Shown in pieces: positions 1 through 9,676 of a stretch of 64,000 bases of DNA. The stretch is from Podarcis bocagei. Its lineage: Eukaryota. Both the position numbers and the translations under genes were made by a program. The notes beneath the pieces are model-generated. The model saw only the letters and a list, made by a program, of their open reading frames with translations, was not told where the DNA came from and did no database searches. The first letter of the stretch is position 1. Each line of letters opens with the position of its first letter. Where the stretch lies: the NCBI GenBank assembly GCA_964188305.1, contig OZ076886.1, one strand, 5' to 3'.

Positions 1-164
1 CCCCCCTTGCTCTGAGCACTGGCTCCCCTTTCTGTGAATCTTCCGATTCACTGGAAAGACTCGGAGATCTCGGGCCGCTGTCATCGCTCATATTTCCTTC
101 GGATTCCTCCCCCTCGCTCTCTGTTTCCTCCCTTTCCTGTGCCTCTGCTCCTGAACCCCTGACA
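1..164 (-). repeat. 3' LTR, partial (start of U3)
   Basis: Direct repeat of 5813-5976 (C/T difference at 100 vs 5912). Starts TGTCAG on the minus strand immediately after the PPT. Confidence 0.96.
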
Positions 165-178
165 TCCATCCCCCCCTC
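165..178 (-). other. Polypurine tract
   Basis: Minus strand GAGGGGGGGATGGA directly abuts the TG of the 3' LTR. Confidence 0.85.
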
Positions 179-3100
179 GAAGCCCCCCCTTCCCCCCTCC
201 CCTCCTCCAGGCGTGGGTGTAGGGTGCTCCGTTGTTACGGGGGTAAGTGCCGGATACAGTTCGTTTCCCGTGGCGTCCATCCAACTGGACAAGTCCGGCT
301 CTTCTTCCCTGCACTCGCCGACGTCGATCTCCTCTGCTTCCATCTCTGTGCCGCCGTGCTCGAACCCAAGGTCCTCCCCGAACACGTCCATGTCCGTCTC
401 GTCATCGGTCCCTCCTGGGGGCGTTGCTCGCCCGGGACCCTCCAGCCACTTCCTGCGCCACTGTTCCTCTGGTCGATCATCCCACCAATACGAGGGTTCT
501 GAGGCAGATCCCGAGGGTGACCCCTCCGGGGAGCGTGTGCCCAGTGTCGGCTCCTCGTCCGAGTCAAACCCCCGGAACGTGCTGGCGGAAAGCGTGGGTG
601 TGAAAAGCCAGTCGTCGAAAAACTCGGCTGGCATGGGTCTGTGTGGGAAAAGGGCATGAAACTCGTCTTTGAGCAGAGGTTCTTCCAAAGCGTAGCCCGG
701 CACCCAGCTGTTGGCACTGGCTGGGGTGCCCTCTCTGGCGAGAAGGTATTCTACTCCCTCTTCCCCCCATCTAGAGTCTAAAATCTCTGTGACCTCATTG
801 ATGGGCTCCCCCGCTGGCGACCCCCCCTGCGTGGTCCTTTCCCTGAGCGGGCTCGGTGCCGTCCCCGGCTCTTGAAACCTGTGAGGTGCCTTGTAGGGAG
901 TGAGCACTGATCTATGGAATACCGGATGCATCCTGGATCCCTCCGGAAGTCTCAGCCGGAAAGCCACCGGATTGACCTGTGCCTCGACATGGTAGGGCCC
1001 CAGCTGCTTATGTCCGAGCTTCTTTTTCGCTAACGATCTGGCCGGCACTGCCTGGGCTGCCAACCAAACCCAGTCTCCCACCTGTATTTCTTCCCCAACC
1101 CTCCTGTGTCTGTCAGCCTGCAGTTTGTATGCGTGCTTAGCTAGCTCTAACTGCCTTCGAAGCTGGTCATGGACCTCCTGCAACTCTGACGCGAAAGCGT
1201 CCGCTGCCTGTGGCTCCCCCTCCCCCACTCTCTCTAGTCCCGGGAAGGTTCTGGGATGCCTCCCATTGTTGGCGAAGAACGGCGTCACCCCGGTGGACAC
1301 GTGCTTCGTGTTGTTGTAGGCGAACTCGGCGAGTGGCAGGTAGTCCACCCACGTTGCAGGCTGTTGATTTGCGTAACATCTCAGGTACTGCTGCATGATG
1401 GCATTGACCCGCTCCGCTTGTCCGTTGGTCTGCGGGTGTCTCGCCGACGCTAGGTTGATCTTGACGTTCAGGATGCCCATCAGCTTCTGCCAGAAGTTCG
1501 AGATGAACTGTCGCCCCCGGTCGGACAGTATAGACCGAGGCAGCCCGTGAACCTTGAACACGTGATCTATGAACAGTTTGGCGGTCTGTTCCGCTGTGGC
1601 CACCTTCGCACACGGAATGAAATGTGCCATTTTGGTTAACAAGTCCACCACCACTAGCACTGCTGTCTTGCCCCTCAAGCTGGGCAGATCCGTGACAAAG
1701 TCCAGGGCCACCCTCTCCCACGGTTCGAGCGGAGTTTGTAGCGGTTCCAGCAGTCCCGCCGGCGGTTTATGCACTGGCTTAGCCCTCTGGCAGGTGTCGC
1801 ACCTCGCGACGTAATCCGCTACCTCCCCCCGCATCTTGGGCCACCAGAAGTCTCTGGCGACTAATTCTATCGTCTTTTCTGTGCCAAAGTGCCCGGCGGT
1901 GGGTGCGTCGTGCAACTGCTGCAGTACCTTGGCGCGGAGGTCGTCTCCCGGCACGTAGAGGGCCCCTTTGCGGATGAGCAACCCCTCGCGTATCTGGAAC
2001 TCGTCGCCCTTCGCCGTGCCTCTGTGCACCTCCTCCATCTTCGCTCGTGCGAAGGAGTCTTCCTGCAGCGCGCTACGTACAGCATCCAGGTCTACGGTTG
2101 CCGAAGCGCACGCCCACGCTTCTGGTGCGAAAATGTGCTTGGCCGCCGCTGGCGTCGCCTCCTCGAGGTATTGCGGCTTCCTGGACAGTGCATCCGCCAT
2201 GACGTTGTTGTCACCAGGGACGTACTCTATCCTGAAGTCGAAATCCGCAAAGAACTCCGCCCAACGTATGTGCCTCTGGTTCAGGAACTTCGCCGTGCGC
2301 CAGTACTCCAGATTCTTATGGTCCGTGCGGACCTGCACTGGGTGTTTGGCTCCGATCAGGAAGTGCCTCCACGCCTTGAATGCTGCATGAATGGCAAGCA
2401 ACTCCCTGTCCCAGATGGCGTAGTTCTGCTCCGACTTGCTGAGCTTCCTGGAGTAGAAGGCGCACGGCCTCCAATCCCCATGCGGGTCTTGCTGCAACAG
2501 GACTGCTCCCACGGCTCTGTCTGAGGCGTCTGTTTCAACCCTCATCGGTTTGCCGGGATTTACATGCAGTAGCTGCTCTTCGGACGCGAAGAGACGCTTG
2601 AGTTTCCGAAAGGACTGCTCCGCCTGCTCCGTCCAGATGAATTTCTTCTTCTTGGAGCTGAGCGTGTCGGTAATGGCCGCTGTCTGCATCGCGAACCCTT
2701 TGATGAACTTGCGATAGAAGTTGGCAAAACCGACAAACCGCTGGACCTCCTTCCGGCTGCGCGGGCTCTTCCAGTCCAACACTGCGCGAACCTTGGCGCT
2801 GTCCATGGCGAGCCCCTTGTCCGACAATTTGTAGCCCAGGAAATCCACCTCCGTCACGTCGAACTGGCACTTCTCCAGCTTGGCGTACAGTCTATGCTCC
2901 CGTAGCCTTTGCAGAACTTCCTTGACGTCACTGTTGTGAACCTCCTGAGATTCTGAAAATATCAGGATGTCGTCCAGAAAGCAGACACACTTCTTGTAGA
3001 GGAGCCCCGCTAACACGTGATGCATGAAAGCTTGAAAACAGTGGGAACCATTTTGTAATCCAAATGGCATAACTCAGTACTCGTAGGTGCCCAGGGGTGT

Positions 3101-4032
3101 GAACATCGCCGTCTTCCACTCGTCGCCCTCCCGTATGCGAATAAGGTTGTACGCCCCTCGCAGATCCAACTTGGTGAACACGCGTCCCTTGCGCACCGTC
3201 GCGAGGAGGTCGTCGATTTTGGGCATGGGGAAAGCTGTGGGCTTGGTTTTCGAGTTCAAAATCCGATAGTCCACCACAAGTCTTTTCTGGGGCGTGTCCT
3301 TCTTCCTCACAAAGTATACGGGACTGCCCCCCACTGCCTTGGACTCCCGGATGAATCCGCGCTCCAAATTATGATCTATGAACTCCCTGAGTTCCTGCAT
3401 CTCATCTTCAGACATGGAATACAGTTTCCCTGTCGGCAGCGTCGCCCCTGGCAGGAGGTCAATCTTGCAGTCATAGGGCCTGTGGGGAGGCAGCTTGTCC
3501 GCCTCCTTCTCGCAGAAAACTTCCAAAAATTCTGCGTACTTGCGGGGGACTGCTTGCAGCGTGCCCAATTGCAGCTGTGCGTCCTCTTCTTCCCCCTCCG
3601 GTCTGGACAGGATGCAGTGTTCTGCACAGTAAGAGGAGCCGAAGGTTAGTTGCCGCTGGTACCAAGCCAACGTTGGACTGTGCCTGTCCAGCCAACTCAT
3701 GCCCAATACTATAGGCGTGTCCGACAGCTGGGTGACATTAAAGCTGATGACTTCTCTGTGATTGCCAATTTGCATCACCATCGGTGGCGTTTGCTTCACC
3801 ACCTGCCCCCCTAGCAATTCCCTGCCATCCACTGTGACAACCTTCAGGGGCAGCGTGGCTGGCAGTAGCGTTATATTGTGCTGCTCGATGAAATCCTGTC
3901 CTATAAAGTCCGCGTTGCTACCAGAGTCAATGGTAATTGGCACTTCCATTGTAAGTCCATTGGGTAGCTGGAGCGATGCGGTGAGCTGCACTACTGGTTT
4001 GGGCGGGAGGGGGTCTGTGGGCTGCAAAATCT

Positions 4033-4105
4033 CTGGGGACTGCTTCACTGACTCGTCTGGCTGGGCCCCAGTGCCTCTGTTTCCAGCCAGACTCCGTCGT
4101 TTCCC
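4033..4105 (-). promoter_or_regulatory. Programmed -1 ribosomal frameshift signal (G GGA AAC + H-type pseudoknot)
   Basis: Heptamer 4105-4099 in the gag frame, 6-nt spacer, 10-bp stem GTCTGGCTGG/CCAGCCAGAC, loop CTGGGG complementary to downstream CCCCAG. pol is in the -1 frame. Confidence 0.85.
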
Positions 4106-5121
4106 TGCTGTGGTTCTCTCTGCTGAGTTGCTTCTGTTACCGTCGCGGAGGCTGCAGTGTGCTTGTGGAGCCTCTGGGGACACTCTTTCACCATGTGCTG
4201 AGGACTGTCACAGAGGTAGCACTTCCTGTTCCCTCTAGGAGGCTTCGCTTTGACTGCTCCCGGTGCTAGGGCTCTGGTTGCTGATTGAGCCCTGGCACCT
4301 CCAACCTCCATAGGTTCCCCCCCTCCTCCTGGCGGAGGCGTGGAGTGCGCACGCGCTGCATCCCTGGGAAAGAAGGAAGGTGCTCTTGCCGCCTCACGTC
4401 CTCCACGCCCTTCGTCCCTGCTCCATGGACGGTCTTCTAGCCGCACCCCAATCGTCAGCGCCCTCTGAACGATCTCCTGAGTACTCCGGGGTCTCTCCCC
4501 CCTCGCAATTTCGTCTTTTACTGCACTGTTCAAACCTTCCCAGAAAAGGTCTCTGACTGGAGCTGAATCTTTGTCCCATTCCAGTGCACTGACCAGTGCA
4601 AAAAAGCGGGAATGATACTGCCTTACACTGGCCCTCCCTTGTTTCAGCCCATGTATCTCTTTTCTGGCGATATCAACGTCTATATTTGATAAAAAACACG
4701 AATCCATCGCTTTAATGAAGGCATCCGCACTTCGGAGTGCCGGATCCTTATCTCTCCACAGATTGCGCAGCCACGCTTTAGCGTCTCCATGCAAATGGGA
4801 TAGAATAAACCCCACCTTCTCTTGCTCATCTCTAAAGTCTTTGTCCAGCAGTTGCAGCGCAAACTGCACATCTGCTCGGAAGTTGGGGTACTGCTGTAAA
4901 TTCCCATCGAAATGAGATACAAGGCTGCCTCCTCTTCTCCCCAGCCCAATTCCCTCCGATTTGGGTCCCGGTTGCCCCTGCTTTGTAAGCACTTCCAACC
5001 TGACTTGGAGATCCTTGTAGGCGGCGGCCGTTTCTTCTTCCCTCTTCCTGGATGCGAGTATCTCAGTGTTTAGATGTGACACTGCATTTTGCAGGGCTGC
5101 TATCTGCTGTTCAGTATTCAT
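4045..5121 (-). CDS. gag: Gag (coiled-coil N-terminus, retrotransposon capsid, CCHC zinc knuckle), 358 aa from the first ATG
   Basis: Open ORF starting MNTEQQIAALQ. Capsid-like LHGDAKAW and QGRASVRQYHSRF...LFWEGLN; knuckle CYLCDSPQHMVKEC. Confidence 0.92.
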   Translation of the reverse strand: MNTEQQIAALQNAVSHLNTEILASRKREEETAAAYKDLQVRLEVLTKQGQPGPKSEGIGLGRRGGSLVSHFDGNLQQYPNFRADVQFALQLLDKDFRDEQEKVGFILSHLHGDAKAWLRNLWRDKDPALRSADAFIKAMDSCFLSNIDVDIARKEIHGLKQGRASVRQYHSRFFALVSALEWDKDSAPVRDLFWEGLNSAVKDEIARGERPRSTQEIVQRALTIGVRLEDRPWSRDEGRGGREAARAPSFFPRDAARAHSTPPPGGGGEPMEVGGARAQSATRALAPGAVKAKPPRGNRKCYLCDSPQHMVKECPQRLHKHTAASATVTEATQQREPQQGNDGVWLETEALGPSQTSQ

Positions 5122-5208
5122 CTCGTCCGACTTTCGTGAGCTCGCAAAGCACCAATCTTCACCCCTCGCTGCGTCCACTCACGCTGCGAGGCTTTTGGTG
5201 CAACTGGG

Positions 5209-5218
5209 GACGGAGCTT
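5209..5218 (-). other. Self-priming-type primer binding site
   Basis: AAGCTCCGTC lies 2 nt after the LTR, has no TGG, and is perfectly complementary to GACGGAGCTT at 5366-5357 inside the LTR. Confidence 0.8.
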
Positions 5219-5220
5219 AC

Positions 5221-5976
5221 TGTCAGAGCTGCTTCCAGGTCCCAGCTCACAGAGGACCACGCTAGCCGGTATTACTGTACAAAAGTCTTTATTGAGTTAC
5301 AAGTTCCATTTTCAAGCCGCAGCGTGCAGCTCTACGTCTTAGAAGCTAGACCAGCGAAGCTCCGTCTGAGTCTCCGCCTCCTGTACACCAACTTAATACT
5401 CTAGCCTTACTCCACCTCTTCCTTCTTCCCTTCCTCCTCTGGGTCCCTCTACCCCCCGTGGTCTCTTCCTTCCTGGACTCTTCTGACGCCAACCCCCCGG
5501 ACTCTGCTCCCTCTTTGCGGCGGGCTTTAGGACCTGGCTCCCTATCCGGACTGCTTACTGTGCCGCCTTCCTGTGCATTTGAACTTGGCGCGCGCGCGCA
5601 GCCTTCGACCTTCCTCTTGACCGTTTCCTCGCTCCCCGATGGAGGTGTGGCCAATCCTAACTCCTGCCTTCCCGCTTGCGGCGAGCCGCCAGCTCCCGAT
5701 GCCTGCGACCCCTCCCCCCTACTGTGCTCTGGTGGGGAAGCTGGTCCCGATTTCCAACTGCTGCTCTCTGAGTCTCCTCTGGTCCCTTCTTCCTGGTGTG
5801 TCCCCCTAGGCGCCCCCCTTGCTCTGAGCACTGGCTCCCCTTTCTGTGAATCTTCCGATTCACTGGAAAGACTCGGAGATCTCGGGCCGCTGTCATCGCT
5901 CATATTTCCTTTGGATTCCTCCCCCTCGCTCTCTGTTTCCTCCCTTTCCTGTGCCTCTGCTCCTGAACCCCTGACA
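5221..5976 (-). repeat. 5' LTR, 756 bp (TATTAA 5398-5393, predicted TSS ~5366, AATAAA 5293-5288)
   Basis: 6-bp terminal inverted repeat TGTCAG/CTGACA, identity to 1-164, and promoter and poly(A) signals in the correct order. Confidence 0.93.
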
Positions 5977-7261
5977 CCAACTAAAACTACCTGATAAGAG
6001 CGCTGGCTAGGGGTGGTGCAGGCTTAAATACTCTACACTTGCCCCACTCCCAGCTAGCATCTGGTTGCAGTGTGCACTAGGTCACTCCTGACCACATGCC
6101 TCCAAATCCATCGAGGAACCAGGCACAACACTACCCCACCAGGAGGGTAAAAATCCTTCCTTTTGCATTCATATGGATGCTTTATCCCTGTCTACAGAGA
6201 AAGCATGTTGTGTGATGTATGAGCTATCAGAGGATATTGATGTTGTTCTACAAGGAGCAGTTCCTCTCCACCCATGAAGGGATTCTAATCATGAAATGAC
6301 AGGGTGAGCCCCCACCTGGAACCAAATCCCTCAACCTGCAATTATAGTCTATTAATATTCCATTACACTCTCTTATTAAGTAAAGTTTTCCACCACCAGT
6401 TTCTGAGAAGCATTTGGAAAACATTTTATCTTAATAAGAATAACCCATCATGCACAGAAAACTGGGAGACTTCTCATTATCACACTCCCTTTATGGGAGT
6501 TTATCTCTTTGCAGCTGCCACTCGTGAATTCCACACTGTCTGGCTCTGGAAAATAGATCGTTTTGATGGGTGATTTTGAGTGACAAAGGCAGAGAGGGGT
6601 CACGGAACATGCCAGGAGAAAAGCCAATCAAATAGAGATGCAGAATGGGCTAAAGAGCTCCTAGGAGTCGTGCACTGAACATTGGCACCTCTGATTGGCA
6701 TTAACATGCTTTGCTTGCTTCAGGGCCTCTTTAAAATGCCATTTGCATTGATGATAGTATAATTGACATTGCTCCCTAAGGAGGACTAATGGATTGTGGG
6801 AAGCTGAAATCTCAGAGAAGTCCTGCAATTCGGGGAGCTGGATCTCTTGATCACTCCAATATAATTTAGAGGACTGGGTTGTGCTGAATAAGGACAAGGA
6901 ACAACCCCCCTATTTTGTTCCAGTTTTCAAGGAGCATTCGTATTAAATCCAACCAGACACTTCACTCCTAATACCACTTTGTTTTACTGGCTGGTGGACT
7001 GCCTGATTTTATGGCTTACGTTACTCCCATAATACGGCACACATTAAATTTTTACAGTGACGTTATAAAATGCAAACTGTTAAAGGCGGCCTTCATTATT
7101 ATTTCTGCAGTGAAATTTCAGCCATATTACCACATTAGCAATAGAATCCTGAAGGCCAGATGTCAGTACCTGCATGCAAAGCAACCCTTGATGTGCTTAA
7201 TTTATTTTTAAGAGATTGGAAGAATAATGCAAGAGGTGGAAAGTGAGTCAGTAGATGACAT

Positions 7262-7885
7262 AGCCTGGATAGCTCAGTTGGTTAGAGCATTCTTCTTCTT
7301 CTTTGGCGATCACTTGTAGCTGAGTAAGATCGTCTTCCATAAACATGGTTTTAACAATAGTCCGTAAGTGATTGTGGAGGCCAATTCTGGACCCACACGT
7401 CCTTCCACAGCAGGGATATTGGTTCCCGGTTGGGAGTTGATCATGGTGTGGATTTGCCAAGCGTGCCTTCCTCTTAGCACGTTTCTCCCTTGGGTTCTGA
7501 GTTTGAGTGTCTTCAAAGTCCACAACACCTTTGGTAAAGGCTGTTCTCCAACTGGAGCGCTTGCAGGCCAGTGTTTCCCAGTTGTTGGTGTTTATACTAC
7601 ATTTTATTATTATTATTATTTGCCTTGAGACAGTCTTTAAACCTCTTTTGTTGATCACCAGCATTACACTTTCCATTTTTAAGTTCGGAATAGAGTAGTT
7701 GCTTTGGAAGACGATAATCAGGCATCCGTACAACATGACCAGTCGGACAAAGTTGATGTTGAAGAATCACTGGTGATCTTATGGTGCTGATAATGTCAAA
7801 GTTGCAGGTTCATTCCCCGTATGAGACAGCTGCATATTGTTTGACTAGATGACCCTGAGGGTTCCTTACAATTCTATGATTCTAT
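7262..7885 (+). mobile_element. tRNA-derived SINE with CR1-like 3' tail, split (7262-7290 and 7782-7885) by an RTE insertion
   Basis: A-box TAGCTCAGTTGG; continuation TGGTGCTGATAA...GCAGGTTCATTCCCC; tail GACTAGATGACC...TTCTATGATTCTA. Related copy at 28741-28863. Confidence 0.7.
7291..7775 (-). mobile_element. RTE-clade LINE, 5'-truncated 3' end with (GAA)n tail
   Basis: Translation TGHVVRMPDYRLPKQLLYSEL...KRFKD...WETLA...RSSWR...CGRTCGSRIGLHNHLR, typical of an RTE ORF C-terminus. Confidence 0.85.
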
Positions 7886-8269
7886 GGTTTGCTTTGCTTA
7901 TTTGCCATAAAGAGTGGATTCTTGACCACATGTTTTATTATTCTGTGATAATATAATAATAATTGTCATTGGCTAAGAAGCAGCAAGAACCAGATGGACC
8001 AATGAAAATGACTTCTTTGAAATTCAACTTGATAGTTTGGGTCCCTATCAAAGAATCATTGGAAGCTGATAGTAGACTCTACATGAGAAGCAGACATTTC
8101 CCCACTAATGAGTGTTTAGAAACTCAACAGTAAGAACAGAGATGCGACTTTGTAACCACCATCTCAGCTGCTATTGGCCATTCAGGAGCGCGTCTTTGGC
8201 TTTCAGACCAACCAAGCATATAGAAATATGTCTTGGGACAGAGACATCAAAGTTATTCATACAGTAAAT

Positions 8270-8388
8270 CAGCCTTCCCTAACTTTGTGTCCTCCAAATG
8301 TTTAGACTACAACTCTCATCACCCTTGACTGGGGCTGCTTGGAGCTGAAGTTCAAAATATCTGGTGGTCACTAAGCTAGGGAAGGTCT
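8270..8388. mobile_element. Short palindromic hAT-type MITE (GACTACAACTCCCATCA family), diverged; relatives near 23480-23585, 33810-33945, 36705-36842, 52500-52570, 57280-57360, 57785-57905
   Basis: Imperfect inverted arms CCTCCAAATGTTT.GACTACAACTC / GAGCTGAAGTTCAAAATATCTGG recur across the window. Confidence 0.6.
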
Positions 8389-8545
8389 CAATAACTGGAT
8401 TTTGCAGTTTGACTTCTGAGACCCTTTGTAGCCCAGATCTTTAGAATTGCTTCAGCAGTATATAAACTGAACGGTTCTATCACACAGAAAGTTTAGCAAA
8501 TCAGACACAATAATATTTGGATGATTTTATGTCCTGTGATATAAC

Positions 8546-8723
8546 GGGGCCAGAGCTATGTTGCAGGGCAACTGCTTTGAATGCAGGAGGTCCCAGTTTC
8601 CATCCCTAGCATCTTCAGGTAGATCTGAAGAGGTTCCTCATCCGAAGCCATAGAGAGCCTCTGTCAGTCAGTGTAGACAGTGCAGAGCTTGATAGACCAG
8701 TGGTCTGACTTGGTATAAGGCAG
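8546..8723 (+). mobile_element. Squam3-like tRNA SINE, diverged; further remnants near 26090-26150, 28610-28690 (-), 30445-30620, 50755-50812
   Basis: Matches the recognisable CTGCTTTG.ATGCAG.AGGTCCCAG...CAGTCAGTGTAGACA...TGGTCTGACT.GGTATAAGGCAG body. Confidence 0.65.
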
Positions 8724-8913
8724 AACTATTTTCACTCAATATGTTGCTTGAAACTTGGACCCCTTTCCCAGCTGCAGGAACCCCATGAGTTCCCATTTAT
8801 TTATTTGCAGCAGAAGCCATTGCTACAGTATTCCTTCCCACCTTCATTATTTTAAAAAATATTATTTCTCGCTTCTCGTGACCTCTGGGCTCTAAGAAAA
8901 TCAAAGAGGGATC

Positions 8914-9073
8914 CTTCTCCAGAGCCAGGCATTCTGCAGCAGCTACAAATACTTTTTAAATTTAGAATGCTTTGTAAAATGCATTGGGGGGGGGGGAATT
9001 GAAGCTACCACAGCCAGCCATTTGTGGCTATTTGGTCCAAAATGCCTGACTCTAAAAAGGGACTCCCCTTTGG
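8914..9073 (+). repeat. Direct repeat copy 1 (160 bp)
   Basis: Identical to 9677-9834 except G-run length (11 vs 9). Confidence 0.95.
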
Positions 9074-9676
9074 ACTTCCGGAGGCGGCGCGAAATGGCAA
9101 TGGCGGTCCTCTTCGCGCTGTGAAGAGGGGCTCTGAGGAAAAGGGTCGTCCGCTACGGCAGAGCGGAGACCCGTCAAGAAAACCCACAGGCAGAGTGAGC
9201 TTGTGGTTGTGGGACTCGGCGGGCACCAAGAGCGACCCTGGAAACGAAGAAGAAACCCCGTAAGGGGCTCCGGAACGTGAAAGGGGGAGCGGTGCTGTGA
9301 GTTCATCGCTCTTTCCTCGGAAGTGAAGCCGCGCGGCTGCTGCTGATGAGCGCTGACCTTTCTTCTTTGAACATTCGACTTCAACAACATACTCGTGAGT
9401 AAGAACTACAAGATTTGGGGACTAAATTTCTGAATTCGGCTGAAAACGGGAGAAGTTAAAAGGAAGTCCGTCTTCCGACTCTGCTTAAGATCAAAGCAAA
9501 GACCCTGATAAGCGGGAAGCACTGAAAGGGGGACTTTAAAAGAAGTTGGTTTTTACCGTGCAAATTCGGAACTCGTTATTTAGAAGTAAAAAGGACTATC
9601 TTCGTGTAAATTGATTGAATCTGACTTGAAATTGTTCCTCTCCCTGGTGGATTACAAATAACTTTGAGAAACCAGT
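9074..9676 (+). mobile_element. CpG-rich insert resembling a LINE-1 5' UTR/internal promoter, with no ORF or poly(A)
   Basis: Begins (GG)ACTTCCGG...AAATGGC...ATGGCGG (ETS and YY1 motifs, as at L1 5' ends). CpGs are retained, unlike in the flanks, and the sequence becomes A-rich toward the 3' end. Confidence 0.55.

Larger units (their letters stand above)
2..4105 (-). pseudogene. pol: pol (aspartic protease, RT, RNase H, integrase, chromodomain, long acidic tail) with one premature TGA at 3074-3076; frame runs off the window
   Basis: Protease ITIDSGS. RT motifs RLVVDYR, KLDLRGAY, GTYEY*VMPFGL, CFLDDILI. RNase H ETDAS...RELLAI...TDHKNL. Integrase H-H-CDTC, ALDFV/SDRG/AERVN, GPY. Chromo-like EVTEILDSRW...EYLL...SWVP. 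I read the frame after the stop manually; the ORF track omits it because it has no stop before position 1. Confidence 0.93.
1..5976 (-). mobile_element. Ty3/Gypsy LTR retrotransposon, chromovirus (sushi/Tf1-like), near full length; 3' LTR cut by window edge
   Basis: 1-164 matches 5813-5976 with one mismatch. The LTR is bounded by TGTCAG...CTGACA. Domain order is gag, PR, RT, RH, IN, chromodomain, with a PPT next to the 3' LTR. Confidence 0.97.

Noticed and set aside
3074-3079. TGA in pol as programmed readthrough or selenocysteine
   Set aside because: It falls mid-RT at a position where Arg (CGA) fits, and it lacks a CARYYA/CUAG readthrough context; CpG deamination is the simpler explanation.
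4045-5121. Domesticated PEG10/RTL-like host gene
   Set aside because: Near-identical LTRs, PBS, PPT and an intact integrase show it is a recent transposon copy.
213-5994. Plus-strand ORFs 213..659, 1889..2524, 3762..4238 and 5458..5994
   Set aside because: Antisense shadows of GC-rich gag/pol coding sequence, with no recognisable domains.
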